Of a DNA stretch of 64,000 nt, positions 10,101-18,866 are shown piece after piece. Location of the stretch: the IMG/VR virus record IMGVR_UViG_3300045988_131126. One strand, given 5' to 3'. The position numbers were made by a program, and so were the translations under genes. Origin of the DNA: a virus. The notes under the pieces were generated by a model that saw nothing but the letters and a program-made list of their open reading frames with translations, had not been told where the DNA came from and searched no databases. Within the stretch, counting starts at the first letter, position 1. Every line of letters begins with the position of its first letter.

Positions 10101-11737
10101 GATGCGACAAGAAAGATCAAGAGGAATTAGCTAAAAATATAATTAAAGCTATGAAAGTATATAAAGTTCCTACTGATAAGATAGGTAAAAATAATAAATT
10201 AAGAAATTATATAAATGGGTCTTTAAAGGAATTTGCTATTCATGAAGGATTGCTTAGTAAATATAAAACAGAAAAAAGAGAGATAACTCCTAAAGTTTCT
10301 AAAAAAGAAGCTGCTAATAAAATGGTGAATTATTTAAATAGCTTACTGAATGGAAAATATAAGCAATTTAAAAAGTATATAGAAATTGCAATTGATGATA
10401 AATATATAACCAATTTTATTAAAGATTCAGATTCTAGATATGTTCATATAGATTTATACTATTTCAATGTACCTGAAAAAGATCAGGATATACAGATTAT
10501 ATCATACGGAAAATGCAAAACATTTGATGATTATGAAGATAAGCTTCCTAAAAACATGATAGACGATCTATTTGGAGACCTCGAAAAATTTGCGAAAAAT
10601 TTATCCGGAGACGGTGTATATGATGTATACAGTATTCCCGATCAAGGATGGTCTTTAGAAGGAACCGTAGGATTTGATTATACAAAAAAATATGAAACTG
10701 TTAAAGTTAATAAGAAAACAGGAGAAGTAATGAAAGAATCAGTTTTGGATGAGGGATTATTCAAAAAAGATCCTTACAAAGATACAATTAAGAAATACAG
10801 AAAATATAATCCTTCAAGACCAGATTGTGATAAAACGATGAAAGACATAGAAAATACTCTGGTTAACGATATAGCTAAAAATATTAGAACGAAATTAATT
10901 AAAGTTGAAAATAATGAAGACGACACTGTATCTGTAATATTTAAAACAGATAAAGTATCTGGGTTAAATAAAAGATGTTTTGACGCTGTTATTAGATCTA
11001 AAGGAGTAACACTTCTAAATGAATCGTATAAGCTAATTACAGTTAAATATAAAGATTGTATTTTACTTGTATCGACTAGTGATGAAGATGATGACGATAT
11101 CGAATCAATTTTTAGAATAGATCTATCTGTTTTATATTGTAAAGAGTATTCTGATGCTTGCAAGATTTCTATATCATCTATAGAGGTTTTATGTAAAAAT
11201 GTAAATATAACATATACGTCTTTAGTAAATCCTGCGTTTGTGTCATTCTCCGTAGCCGGAGGAGGAAATGCTTATACAGATAAATATCCGAATATAGAAA
11301 AAAATACCGGATGTAAAATAATACCTAAAGCATTCGCGATATATGTATTTTCTAATAATGCAATACATGAATCTGTAGGAGTTCCTGTTGTAGGTCTTAC
11401 TAGCAAAACACCAGTAATAGTAGATAATATGTATAATAATGCATTTACTTCATTAGAAATGGATGAAGAAATAATACGTAATTGCATGATGTCTTCTACT
11501 AAAGCATTACTAAATAAAGAGGATAAATTCTACGTTCCTTATATTCCATATATACAGGAATCTTTAAATATAGATCCTAACATAGGATTTTATAGAGATA
11601 GAAATGGTATATTTGTAATGAACGAGAATACCAAATTAAGATCTCCTTCATATAATGACGTAGATGATATAGATGATAGAACTATATTATATGTAACATA
11701 TGGAGAATTAAACGATTCTAAATTAAACGATTTATAA
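7151..11737 (+). CDS. SNF2-family helicase fused to a papain-like (permuted NlpC/P60, YiiX/C92-like) domain and a long uncharacterised C-terminal region
   Basis: 1528 aa with a GTG start after AGGTAGGTG. Helicase motifs: motif I FDQGLGKTF (about 7701-7715), DExQ IIVDECQNF (7985-7996), helicase-C VLVATSQTMGTGVTL..DQACDRIYRIGQ (about 9010-9042). Downstream: HTGTMLANT..FSHSCISF..WFCSRFVAELL (about 9626-9658) is C92-like. LPEKRKFPLNDYDHVILAIKFFN is a short motif I recall from phage proteins. Confidence 0.8.
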   Translation: MPIFVDDTEAVNEKVNSFSAFISTKIIIDEKENKIFIKGINYDKFLIRIKDMYETKSVNKLFTKNYTPFTQKLWEKKKIPGYKRKVTNLEVDLFFASELYNILMQLADYYNLRYYRRMAEYIKKNTYLDNLDKNIDVKVDINRLNSILNEDYKPKDFQEEFIKKYFEYKEIYDLDGYILSFDQGLGKTFTAACISELIHPDQTIIVCMNTLKENWANELRLYFKKYNDIERFKREVYVYGVSKPKEYSNDTRYIIVNNESINKIFPLVKNTNSTMIIVDECQNFRNLDSLQTKNMLKLKQITKSKDNLMMSGTPIKANPSEIVPAMMMIDRTFTLDLAKLYIKAFTSNTDTLSDVVQTRFNRTIYRKTKDQVLDLPSKTVTNFKLEYKDEDPYLMINVKKKVADRFQEILESYKDEVDSVKDEFRETTLKYSSQDRTTTLDYIKFVDKGQDYESVHDSLYDLYDGFIKNNVYPNIKDKDELKRYKYVVSVYVYITQKCFFLAMGEVLPKIKAKAFNELYDNNKDLIYKMINNNPKKTVIFSTIVEVVDHICDDLNKNDIKAVKITGSVKNRMNIINQFREDDTVDVLVATSQTMGTGVTLVEANQMMVFCPPYRKADFDQACDRIYRIGQTHPVNIYNIIGSTSSKDITTRMTDILDWSDQMVSSVLDNIVNEEALIEKYKGEDTNMIMFEEAIYDSKHTEPVYIVLMHTGTMLANTIKAVTKDEFSHSCISFTSKLDPMFSFGNKKTSYIAGQPGFVQQNTKDEFFKKKKSVYEIYVMFVSKSQKQKMIDRLKWFKEKDKYLGYDIIGLIKYKLGISSDDNLKKWFCSRFVAELLGQAEDLGRDASLFSPQDFKNDLNFISLVNKGDDLYNYDYKVTERNLKKIKEGDYSYNESDANMGIIEKALLEMDNTDDIKESTLLTETLEDFLNNGMTVSESLALNEATLSSKERKSLPDKTFGLPEKRKFPLNDYDHVILAIKFFNRCDKKDQEELAKNIIKAMKVYKVPTDKIGKNNKLRNYINGSLKEFAIHEGLLSKYKTEKREITPKVSKKEAANKMVNYLNSLLNGKYKQFKKYIEIAIDDKYITNFIKDSDSRYVHIDLYYFNVPEKDQDIQIISYGKCKTFDDYEDKLPKNMIDDLFGDLEKFAKNLSGDGVYDVYSIPDQGWSLEGTVGFDYTKKYETVKVNKKTGEVMKESVLDEGLFKKDPYKDTIKKYRKYNPSRPDCDKTMKDIENTLVNDIAKNIRTKLIKVENNEDDTVSVIFKTDKVSGLNKRCFDAVIRSKGVTLLNESYKLITVKYKDCILLVSTSDEDDDDIESIFRIDLSVLYCKEYSDACKISISSIEVLCKNVNITYTSLVNPAFVSFSVAGGGNAYTDKYPNIEKNTGCKIIPKAFAIYVFSNNAIHESVGVPVVGLTSKTPVIVDNMYNNAFTSLEMDEEIIRNCMMSSTKALLNKEDKFYVPYIPYIQESLNIDPNIGFYRDRNGIFVMNENTKLRSPSYNDVDDIDDRTILYVTYGELNDSKLNDL

Positions 11738-11746
11738 AAAATAAAA

Positions 11747-11789
11747 CGGAATACTCCATATGGAGTATTCCGTAATATCTTTATTTTTT
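11747..11789 (+). terminator. rho-independent terminator
   Basis: cggaatactcca-ta-tggagtattccg stem followed by taatatctttatttttt. Confidence 0.75.
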
Positions 11790-11870
11790 GATCGTATACT
11801 ATCATATTGAAAAAATAAATAATAATATAAATCATACTTATTTAAATAAGTGTGTAGAAAGAGGTATGAT
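11772..11870 (+). promoter_or_regulatory. repeated promoter-leader module, copy A
   Basis: gtaatatctttatttttt, then TTGATC-N17-AAAAAT, then leader hairpin catactta/taagtgtg (11833-11854, one U.G pair), then tagaaagagg RBS, then ATG 11871. Confidence 0.5.
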
Positions 11871-12089
11871 ATGAGAAGAGATGAATTCATGAACGCGCAC
11901 GAAGTAAGAATGAGCGAGCTTGAAAAAGCTTGCGAGGATCTTAACGAGATTCTCGGCTCCGATCCTGTAGAAGGATTTGAAGATGATATCCTGGATCCTT
12001 CCCTAGAAAGCGAAAGAGGAATCCAGGATATCCAGACAAAGAATTCTCAAGATTTGGATGACTTATTGAAGGGTCTTGAGAATTTATAA
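11871..12089 (+). CDS. small acidic hypothetical protein (cassette cargo)
   Basis: ATG 11871 lies 7 nt after the conserved GAAAGAGG (the track's GTG at 11850 sits inside the leader). 72 aa. Visibly more G+C than its surroundings. Own promoter module and terminator. Confidence 0.6.
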   Translation: MRRDEFMNAHEVRMSELEKACEDLNEILGSDPVEGFEDDILDPSLESERGIQDIQTKNSQDLDDLLKGLENL

Positions 12090-12096
12090 AAAATAA

Positions 12097-12128
12097 ATAA
12101 CGGATAAGTAAATGCTTATCCGTTATTC
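12097..12128. terminator. bidirectional terminator hairpin between convergent genes
   Basis: aataacggataag-taaatg-cttatccgttatt. It overlaps the stop of 12123..12848. Confidence 0.6.
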
Positions 12129-12848
12129 TTTCCCAAAAGCTGATTTATTTTTTCTTGCTCCAGGTATCTGTCTTCCCTTAGATGCTTTTACTGGAGCACT
12201 CATAGCTTTTTCTGATTTTTGTTGATCTCTTTCAAAATCTGATAAATTAAATCCGTTCTCCGGTCTACCTAAATAATTTACCATATTTTGAGCATATCCA
12301 AACATATCTACTGTATCTATTAGATATTTAAATCCTAGAAATAGATCTGATATCATATCTACATATATAGATGGATCTGATATAGTTATTCTTACTCCTT
12401 GATTTTGGATATTATTCCATTCGATCACTACTGGATCGAACCATAAATATTTACCATCTGGTAATGACATTTTTAATGTATTTCTTCTTTTACAAGTTAA
12501 ATTACCATCTTTAACTTCAAAAGTATTATCTATCATCCATTTAGATGCCATACTTACTAATTCTCTTAATATAATAATATCTTGTATACGGATCATTACA
12601 CTTCGATCCCAATTGTCACCTCCTACGTCTATAGACATATAATACGAAAAACATCTTTTAATAGTTACTGCTACCTGAGTATCGTCATATTTCGATTCAT
12701 AACGATACTCACTGTGAAAAAACCTTCTACTATTATCTATACTTGAATTCTTTTTGGATAATAGTACATTAAATCGCAGATTAATATTATTCCCTAAATA
12801 CATCATATCATCTGTGATTTTATCATAATCTACGTATTCAACTTGCAT
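12123..12848 (-). CDS. hypothetical protein (basic C-terminal tail)
   Basis: 241-aa ORF with AGGGAG RBS. Confidence 0.75.
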   Translation of the reverse strand: MQVEYVDYDKITDDMMYLGNNINLRFNVLLSKKNSSIDNSRRFFHSEYRYESKYDDTQVAVTIKRCFSYYMSIDVGGDNWDRSVMIRIQDIIILRELVSMASKWMIDNTFEVKDGNLTCKRRNTLKMSLPDGKYLWFDPVVIEWNNIQNQGVRITISDPSIYVDMISDLFLGFKYLIDTVDMFGYAQNMVNYLGRPENGFNLSDFERDQQKSEKAMSAPVKASKGRQIPGARKNKSAFGKE

Positions 12849-12897
12849 ATTAACTGTTTAACTCCCTATTATTTATAAAAATATATTATTAAACAGT

Positions 12898-13641
12898 TTA
12901 TCTGGATATAAATTTCCAATTAAGATCTTTCTTCCAACTGATATCATAAGTTCCATTAGATACAGCTATAATTACATCATCTGTCATTCTTCCATAAGAA
13001 TCTAATGATGACAGCATGAAAGAATCCGGATTATTATATATTTTTAACCCAAAATATAAATCTGGGTTTCTAGAAACTTTTCTGGCTTTTTCTACTAAAG
13101 GTATATAACCAGCCAATACGTCAGTAAATGTAATAATCTCCTCTCCCCATTTATCTTCATAAAACTTTATCGGTATTTTATAATAAGGCTCAAGCCTTAT
13201 ATCTGATCCATGCTTTGGACCATTCTGCCTGAATCTAAATACAGAACTTCCAAATATATTATCCCCATCTGGAGATTCTGATAATCTAACTATTGGATAT
13301 TCTGTATCAAGCTCTAATCTTTCTGACGGATATTCTGAAGTATCTCCAGTATACGTGACATATTCCGTAACTTCCTTATCTTTGCACTTATCATTAATAT
13401 CACGTACAATGCTCGGTAATGATTCTTCTACTATAGCATCTGCTACCTTTGTTGCCGTTTTAACAGCACTATTTAATATTGTATCTGCTATACTTGGTTC
13501 TTCTTTCCTCTCCTCCTTAAGTTCTTCATTATCAGAAAAGCACTCTGATAATCTTTGTAATTTTGTTTTGTTATTTACGGAATTACCCTCATAAAAAGTT
13601 TCATAAATTTTATCCGTAAGTGCATCAATAAAAATTCCCAT
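12898..13641 (-). CDS. hypothetical protein
   Basis: 247-aa ORF with AAAGGAGAG RBS. Confidence 0.75.
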   Translation of the reverse strand: MGIFIDALTDKIYETFYEGNSVNNKTKLQRLSECFSDNEELKEERKEEPSIADTILNSAVKTATKVADAIVEESLPSIVRDINDKCKDKEVTEYVTYTGDTSEYPSERLELDTEYPIVRLSESPDGDNIFGSSVFRFRQNGPKHGSDIRLEPYYKIPIKFYEDKWGEEIITFTDVLAGYIPLVEKARKVSRNPDLYFGLKIYNNPDSFMLSSLDSYGRMTDDVIIAVSNGTYDISWKKDLNWKFISR

Positions 13642-13711
13642 TGTTTTCTCTCCTTTTCATTTTATTCATCTATATAATATATAAAGAAAAGAAATTTTGG
13701 AAGTATACTTT

Positions 13712-15256
13712 TCAGTATACTTCCGATTCATAATCATGATATAATATTTTTCCTTTTTCTTTTTTAGACTCTAATCTAGCATGTCTATTTATTAATTCCA
13801 AATCACCTATCTCTACTTCTGTACATCTAGTAGCATATTTATCGAATATAGGTTTCTTATAATTATAATATTTCTTTATCTGATGAAAACTTTTATCTAC
13901 TATTTCTATATACATAGTATTATTTGCTCTGGTTCTACCTAATGTCTGTCTAGCCAAAACCTCTGATTTAAATGGTTCTGCTAATACTACAGTCATCTTT
14001 AATCCATCTATATCTACTGCAGCTCCTGCTGATTTAGTTGTAGATAATATTAATCTTTTATTTAAAGCTTGTTGTTTTTCTTCTTCTGATACCATAGAAG
14101 TATATACACCGACGTTATTTCTAAATTCCTGATGGTTTTCTATGATCCAGTTGTATACTTCTGATATGGCATTATTTGTACCTATATATACCAGGCATTT
14201 TTCATATAATCCAACATTTTCTTCTATTATTTCGAATAATATATCAAGCATCATATAGAAATTATCATTAGTTACTATTAGATTAGTGTACTTATTTCTG
14301 TCTAATCCATATTGGTTTTTACAGCTCGATATCTGTTGCGGAGTAGGTTTACTACTATACAATATACTTAAATATTCAGTATGAGGATCAGTTTCAGGAT
14401 CAAATAAATCTATTGCTAATACATTTTTAAATGATAATTGATAAATATTGTTTTCAAATTCATTTGATCTTAATGCTGTTGCAGTAATATAATAATTCTT
14501 ATAGGTATTTGTATAGTAATCTATTTTCATCATATTATCAAAATTTTGATGAGCCTCGTCGTAGAATTTCAATCCTATTCTTAAATATTGAAATAATTCA
14601 GTTATTTTATCCCATCCATGAGTATCACCATAACTCTTTAATGTAGAATGAGTTACTGTAAAATATTTGATTTTCCTTATTTCTTCTGGTGTTTTGGTTA
14701 ATAATCTATATATACAACCAGAGCCTTTTATATTATATATCTCCTTATCTGTTACATTCGTGTACTGCTTAATTCTATCTATCCATTGAGTTAACCAAGA
14801 ACTTTGCGAGGTTATAATGATAGATTTAATACCTAAATAAGCACTAGTAGCTATAGCTATATAAGTTTTACCTTTACCTGTATATAGATTTAATTGTAAT
14901 TGAGATTTAGTAGCTGTATCTCTATATTCTTCTTTACCTATAGTAAATCTTAATGCTTCTTTTTGTACATCGTTTCTTGGTAAAGTCTTTATCATAATAT
15001 CATTATACATATCGAACTCATCACTCATATTACGTTCTACAATAGCTTTTTGCTCCATTATTTTTTCGACAAAATAAACGTCTATACCTCTCGGGAGATA
15101 TAGAGTACGATTTTCCGTGTCATAAAATAATCCCTGATAGTAATATTGGTGATTCGTTGGGTTAAACATTAAGAAATATTTCTCTAAATCTGGATGTGAT
15201 CCAAATTCATAATCAGTTATTTTTATACATGTATTTTTAACTATTATTTTACTCAT
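13712..15256 (-). CDS. SF2 DEAH-box DNA helicase
   Basis: 514 aa. Walker A LYTGKGKTY (about 14865-14882), DEAH FYDEAHQNF (about 14546-14563), motif VI QTLGRTRA. The C-terminus ends ILYHDYESEVY (13715-13747), a variant of the recurrent motif. Confidence 0.8.
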   Translation of the reverse strand: MSKIIVKNTCIKITDYEFGSHPDLEKYFLMFNPTNHQYYYQGLFYDTENRTLYLPRGIDVYFVEKIMEQKAIVERNMSDEFDMYNDIMIKTLPRNDVQKEALRFTIGKEEYRDTATKSQLQLNLYTGKGKTYIAIATSAYLGIKSIIITSQSSWLTQWIDRIKQYTNVTDKEIYNIKGSGCIYRLLTKTPEEIRKIKYFTVTHSTLKSYGDTHGWDKITELFQYLRIGLKFYDEAHQNFDNMMKIDYYTNTYKNYYITATALRSNEFENNIYQLSFKNVLAIDLFDPETDPHTEYLSILYSSKPTPQQISSCKNQYGLDRNKYTNLIVTNDNFYMMLDILFEIIEENVGLYEKCLVYIGTNNAISEVYNWIIENHQEFRNNVGVYTSMVSEEEKQQALNKRLILSTTKSAGAAVDIDGLKMTVVLAEPFKSEVLARQTLGRTRANNTMYIEIVDKSFHQIKKYYNYKKPIFDKYATRCTEVEIGDLELINRHARLESKKEKGKILYHDYESEVY

Positions 15257-15317
15257 TGCACCTAATTCCCTTCTTTGAGAGCTTTATTTACTTATTTGTA
15301 CGTACAAAAATGATTCC

Positions 15318-15400
15318 GTAATATCTTTATTTTTGTCAAAATTATAGATCTTAATAAATCCTAATACAAATATATATTATATAGGTGAAAATAAAAAGAA
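15318..15400 (+). promoter_or_regulatory. degenerate copy of the repeated promoter-leader module
   Basis: ccgtaatatctttattttt, then ..aaatcct.., then atatatattatataggtgaaaataaaaag. It shares the T-tract box and the ATTATA(G)GTGA box, but the order differs and the hairpin is weak. Confidence 0.3.
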
Positions 15401-15414
15401 AGGAGCCGATAATT

Positions 15415-15720
15415 ATGGCTAAATTTATAACAGACGATACCAAAGATTCATTGGCAAAAGATTTTTATGATTTTTGTAACGGGATAATTTCTCAAGTTGA
15501 AAGTTTACATGGTATTTTTAATGACGATGTGTATAGTAATATTATACACGAATTTATCAACGTAGTTAAAAAAGAATATGAATTATACGATAAGTTTGTA
15601 GGACCTATTAATCACGTAAGAAGATTCTATCCAAATGCTACTTATAAAAATACCATTAATAAACTAAATAAACTAGATCCCGAAGTAATACGTAAAGAAA
15701 TAGAACGATACGGAGATTAA
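15415..15720 (+). CDS. hypothetical protein
   Basis: ATG 15415 after AAAGGAG (the track's GTG at 15385 lacks an RBS). 101 aa. Confidence 0.65.
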   Translation: MAKFITDDTKDSLAKDFYDFCNGIISQVESLHGIFNDDVYSNIIHEFINVVKKEYELYDKFVGPINHVRRFYPNATYKNTINKLNKLDPEVIRKEIERYGD

Positions 15721-15760
15721 TACAAAATATATAATTACAAGAAAGGGGTATTATGTTTAT

Positions 15761-16093
15761 ATGGGACGTTATCGTAATATTAATGTGTGTGAAAATTTTG
15801 GCTGGATATCTGATTCTATTGTACTGAAAGCCGAAGAAGAATTGCTAGACTATATAAATAAAACGATAGAATATTTGGACAATCTCTGGAAAAGCGGAAA
15901 AATATCAGCTGAAGACTTTAAATCAATTATACTCAACTATGAAGTTCAATATGATTTATATACAAAAACTTTTCTTGATACTTTTGGTTATTCCATAGAA
16001 GTAGAAGAGGATAAATGTAGCTTTGTCAAATATTTTAATAAAGCTATAGATAACGATTATTATACCTATTCATATGGATATATAAAAATATAA
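15761..16093 (+). CDS. hypothetical protein
   Basis: 110-aa ORF with AAAGGGG RBS. Confidence 0.65.
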   Translation: MGRYRNINVCENFGWISDSIVLKAEEELLDYINKTIEYLDNLWKSGKISAEDFKSIILNYEVQYDLYTKTFLDTFGYSIEVEEDKCSFVKYFNKAIDNDYYTYSYGYIKI

Positions 16094-16196
16094 TTAATGA
16101 CGAAAACAAGCTACCTGAATAGCTTATTTTCAGTTTATTATTTTTATGAGTTATATATATCATATATGTGAAAATAAAAGAAAGGAGTATTATATT

Positions 16197-16853
16197 ATGG
16201 ATAATACAAAATATTTAAAAAGTGATATTGTTTCTAAACCAGTTATTAGAAGATGGGATCTTCATTATTGCTCATTAGATCAGGATATACTTCCTGATTC
16301 TGGTTCTGTTTTAATTGGGAAAGCTAATAGGCCATGCTTAATAGTTAGCTCTAATGAATATAATCAGATGTCAGATAAAGTATTAGTAATGCCTTATTGC
16401 AGTAATAACAGAGATGATTTAACAGATGAAGAGTACGTAAAGCAGGCTGCAGAAAGAGGAGAAACTTTAATACCAATGGTATTAAATAGAAATGCCAGAT
16501 CATTTCTTATCATTGATCAACCTAGATTAATTGCAAGAAAGATGCTCAGAGGATATGTAGGAACACTTGATGTAGAAGCAAACGAAAAATTAGCAATTAA
16601 AGTAACGGAAGCTGTATTTAATTATATGATTGATCCTGAAGTGTTTACGAAAACAGAAATATTCAAATCAATGGTTAACGAATACTTTGCTAATAATTTT
16701 ACTGTTGATGCTACAGACGAAAGTATTTCAACTCCTCCAAAAGATGTCGATGAAAAACCAAAGTCGGTCCCTAATACTATTCAGGAAGATTACGGAATAA
16801 TATGCATGAGAAGATCTAAAGAGGAAAATGCTAAATATGCATTAGCAATTTAG
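16197..16853 (+). CDS. MazF/PemK-like toxin-fold protein with C-terminal extension
   Basis: ATG 16197 after AAAGGAG. RRWDLHYCSL...GKANRPCLIVSSNEYNQMSDKVLVMPYCS...FLIIDQPRLIARKMLRGYVGTLD fits the PemK/MazF pattern (RPalVvS.d..N......v.PiTs ... DQiRtid..Rl...iG.l). An extra 70 aa or so follows. Confidence 0.55.
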   Translation: MDNTKYLKSDIVSKPVIRRWDLHYCSLDQDILPDSGSVLIGKANRPCLIVSSNEYNQMSDKVLVMPYCSNNRDDLTDEEYVKQAAERGETLIPMVLNRNARSFLIIDQPRLIARKMLRGYVGTLDVEANEKLAIKVTEAVFNYMIDPEVFTKTEIFKSMVNEYFANNFTVDATDESISTPPKDVDEKPKSVPNTIQEDYGIICMRRSKEENAKYALAI

Positions 16854-16883
16854 ATTAATTAAATACGAAAGAAGGAAGTATAA

Positions 16884-17447
16884 ATGTTAAAGGGAGAGGG
16901 AAAGTACGGATTGAAGGAATTTGTAAAGAAAGAAGGTGTAAATTATCATAATAGAAATTTAAAAACTGGAGCATGTTTTGAGCAATATGATAGACAGGGT
17001 AACCTTATATATTATAATTGCTCATTCTTGCTTGCATCTAATGCTGTATTAAATTATAAACAGGAATATGCTTATAATCATATAGCACATATAGTATCAT
17101 ATAGAGATTCTGATGGGGTTAAATGGGAAAAGCAGTATACTCCAGAGGGATTTGATATTGTATACAAAAATAAAATATTTAAAGTAGCTTTTAGATTTAA
17201 ATATAAAACCAATAAAATCATAGCTATAGAAAGCAATGGTCATAAAGATATTATAGATATATCCAAATGTAAATCTATATCAATAATAAACGGAATAGAT
17301 TTTTCTGATAGATTCTTATTAGAAAACAAAAGTTTATTCGATTATTTTATATCAGATTTACCAGCGACCGATTTACAAGAAAAAATAATAGCTTTTAAAG
17401 ATGATGAATTATCCGATAAAGTATTAAATTATTTGAAAGAGGTATGA
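16884..17447 (+). CDS. hypothetical protein with YD/MORN-variant-like beta-hairpin repeats
   Basis: 187 aa. YDRQGNLIYY, YRDSDGVKWEKQY. Shares GNLIYY with 17638..18354. Confidence 0.6.
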   Translation: MLKGEGKYGLKEFVKKEGVNYHNRNLKTGACFEQYDRQGNLIYYNCSFLLASNAVLNYKQEYAYNHIAHIVSYRDSDGVKWEKQYTPEGFDIVYKNKIFKVAFRFKYKTNKIIAIESNGHKDIIDISKCKSISIINGIDFSDRFLLENKSLFDYFISDLPATDLQEKIIAFKDDELSDKVLNYLKEV

Positions 17448-17450
17448 CTA

Positions 17451-17645
17451 ATGGAACATTCAAAATCTACTAAAAAAGATCTAATGAAACAAATGATCAA
17501 GAAATTAAATAAGCAGGATAAAGAAATAAACCAATTAAAATTGCTACTCTATAATAATATTCAAACTAAGAGATTAATTCAAGATGAAAAACCTTCTCGC
17601 CAAATTAGTTTTCTTAGAGGGGAGGATGAAACATTTTATGATTAA
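17451..17645 (+). CDS. small hypothetical protein (coiled-coil-like)
   Basis: 64-aa ORF with GAAAGAGG RBS. Its stop overlaps the ATG of the next gene. Confidence 0.5.
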   Translation: MEHSKSTKKDLMKQMIKKLNKQDKEINQLKLLLYNNIQTKRLIQDEKPSRQISFLRGEDETFYD

Positions 17646-18354
17646 ATCATTCTATGCTGTTTTGGATTTAAAGAATCCAGATTTAGTTATTCAGAAAATA
17701 GATCCAGTAAATTTTAAACTATATAGAAAATGGAAGAATGGAGTAGAAGAATGGATCACATTCTATTATCTTGCAGATGGAAAACGTATTCTTATTAAAG
17801 AATATAAAAACTCTACTGGATACGAATTTAAGATTGATACCGAAAATAAAGAATTCATGTATAATGATAATCTTGGTAATTGGTATAAATATAATATAAT
17901 TACCCATGATTACGAATCTGTAGACTTAACTCATAGATATGATAATAATGGAAATCTTATATATTATAAGTCTCCAGAAGGAGTAGAAGAATCTTATCAG
18001 TACGATGACAATAACCTGATACAGAAATATGAAAAGAGAGTAGATGGAGAAATAGTATTAACCCGTACATATCAAAGATACATAGCGAGAGGTTCATCAG
18101 AAGAATATTTTATGGATGAACCTTTAACTCAAATTCAAGAGAATACTAAAGATTTATACTCTGAAAGAACTTATGATATGAAAGGAAGAGAGATTCTTTA
18201 TGAAGACGAAGATAGAAACGGAGATAGAATAATGGTTGGAACTAAATATGAAGATAAAAGAGCACATGTAATGGTGTGGAAGAATGGAAAGTTTATTTAC
18301 GAATACTATGTCAAAGAAGGAGACGAAAATTATGGAAAAGGATTCAAAAAATAA
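17638..18354 (+). CDS. hypothetical protein with YD/MORN-variant-like repeats (paralogue of 16884..17447)
   Basis: ATG 17638 after GGGGAGGATG (the track start 17584 lacks an RBS). RYDNNGNLIYYKSPEGVEESYQYDDNNLIQKYEKRVDGEI, YDMKGREILYEDEDRNGD, WKNGKFIYEYY. Confidence 0.6.
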   Translation: MIKSFYAVLDLKNPDLVIQKIDPVNFKLYRKWKNGVEEWITFYYLADGKRILIKEYKNSTGYEFKIDTENKEFMYNDNLGNWYKYNIITHDYESVDLTHRYDNNGNLIYYKSPEGVEESYQYDDNNLIQKYEKRVDGEIVLTRTYQRYIARGSSEEYFMDEPLTQIQENTKDLYSERTYDMKGREILYEDEDRNGDRIMVGTKYEDKRAHVMVWKNGKFIYEYYVKEGDENYGKGFKK

Positions 18355-18718
18355 TATGGTTATAGATGATAAGCCAGGACAGGCATTTTCTATGGTTTCA
18401 CCATACGGAGTTATGCCACACGATGTTTTGTGTAAACCACGTAAAAGAATAGAATATATTTTATCTCCTAAAAACTGTCCTGATGAGGGAATTATACCGT
18501 TACCGTTTTTACTTAAAATAAAAGATGAAGACAATTATTTAATATTTAAAGGTTTACAAACTGTAAAATTATCTAGCGAAGAATCTTATGATAAAATAAC
18601 AAATAAAAACATCATAAGATATATACTAAAAGAGCACATTGCTGCAGTATTTCGAGCAAGCTATAAAAATAATATCGATTTTTTAAAAGCACAAGAATAC
18701 GGAGAATTAACAGATTAA
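18332..18718 (+). CDS. hypothetical protein
   Basis: ATG 18332 lies 8 nt after AAGGAG. ATGs at 18284, 18308 and 18356 are alternatives. Overlaps the previous gene's end. Confidence 0.5.
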   Translation: MEKDSKNNMVIDDKPGQAFSMVSPYGVMPHDVLCKPRKRIEYILSPKNCPDEGIIPLPFLLKIKDEDNYLIFKGLQTVKLSSEESYDKITNKNIIRYILKEHIAAVFRASYKNNIDFLKAQEYGELTD

Positions 18719-18724
18719 AAAACG

Positions 18725-18757
18725 AGAAAGCTATCCAATGGATAGTTTTCTTTTTTC
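18725..18757 (+). terminator. rho-independent terminator
   Basis: gaaagctatcc-aat-ggatagttttc (contains a plus-strand G.U pair) followed by tttttt. Confidence 0.65.
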
Positions 18758-18765
18758 TACGATAC
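18751..18765 (+). repeat. exact 15-mer TTTTTTCTACGATAC, copy 1 of 4
   Basis: Identical 15-mers at 18751, 26467, 26849 and 33637, all plus strand, each just downstream of a gene's 3' end. This copy lies directly on the terminator T-tract. Confidence 0.8.
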
Positions 18766-18767
18766 GC

Positions 18768-18866
18768 GTAATATCTTTATTTTTTGATCATATAATATTA
18801 TAGTGATAATAATAAAAAATAATACATAAATCCTATATAATAAATATAGGTAGAAAGAGGAACAAT
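18768..18866 (+). promoter_or_regulatory. repeated promoter-leader module, copy B
   Basis: gtaatatctttatttttt, then TTGATC (18784-18789), N17 ending TGA, TAATAA (18807-18812), then leader hairpin cctatat/atatagg (18832-18850), then tagaaagagg, then ATG 18867. Confidence 0.55.

Noticed and set aside
11590-11835. Minus-strand 81-aa ORF spanning the end of the SNF2 gene and the promoter module. The similar ORF at 26435-26638 spans module C.
   Set aside because: They cross terminator hairpins and the conserved plus-strand promoter-leader modules. They have no RBS.
16146-16196. Additional IYH occurrences in track translations: SYIYHIC at the 5' extension of ORF 16146, and DHIYHLC in the extension of ORF 49566.
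   Set aside because: These lie upstream of the RBS-supported start codons (16197 and 49491), so they are probably not translated. I did not count them as motif instances.
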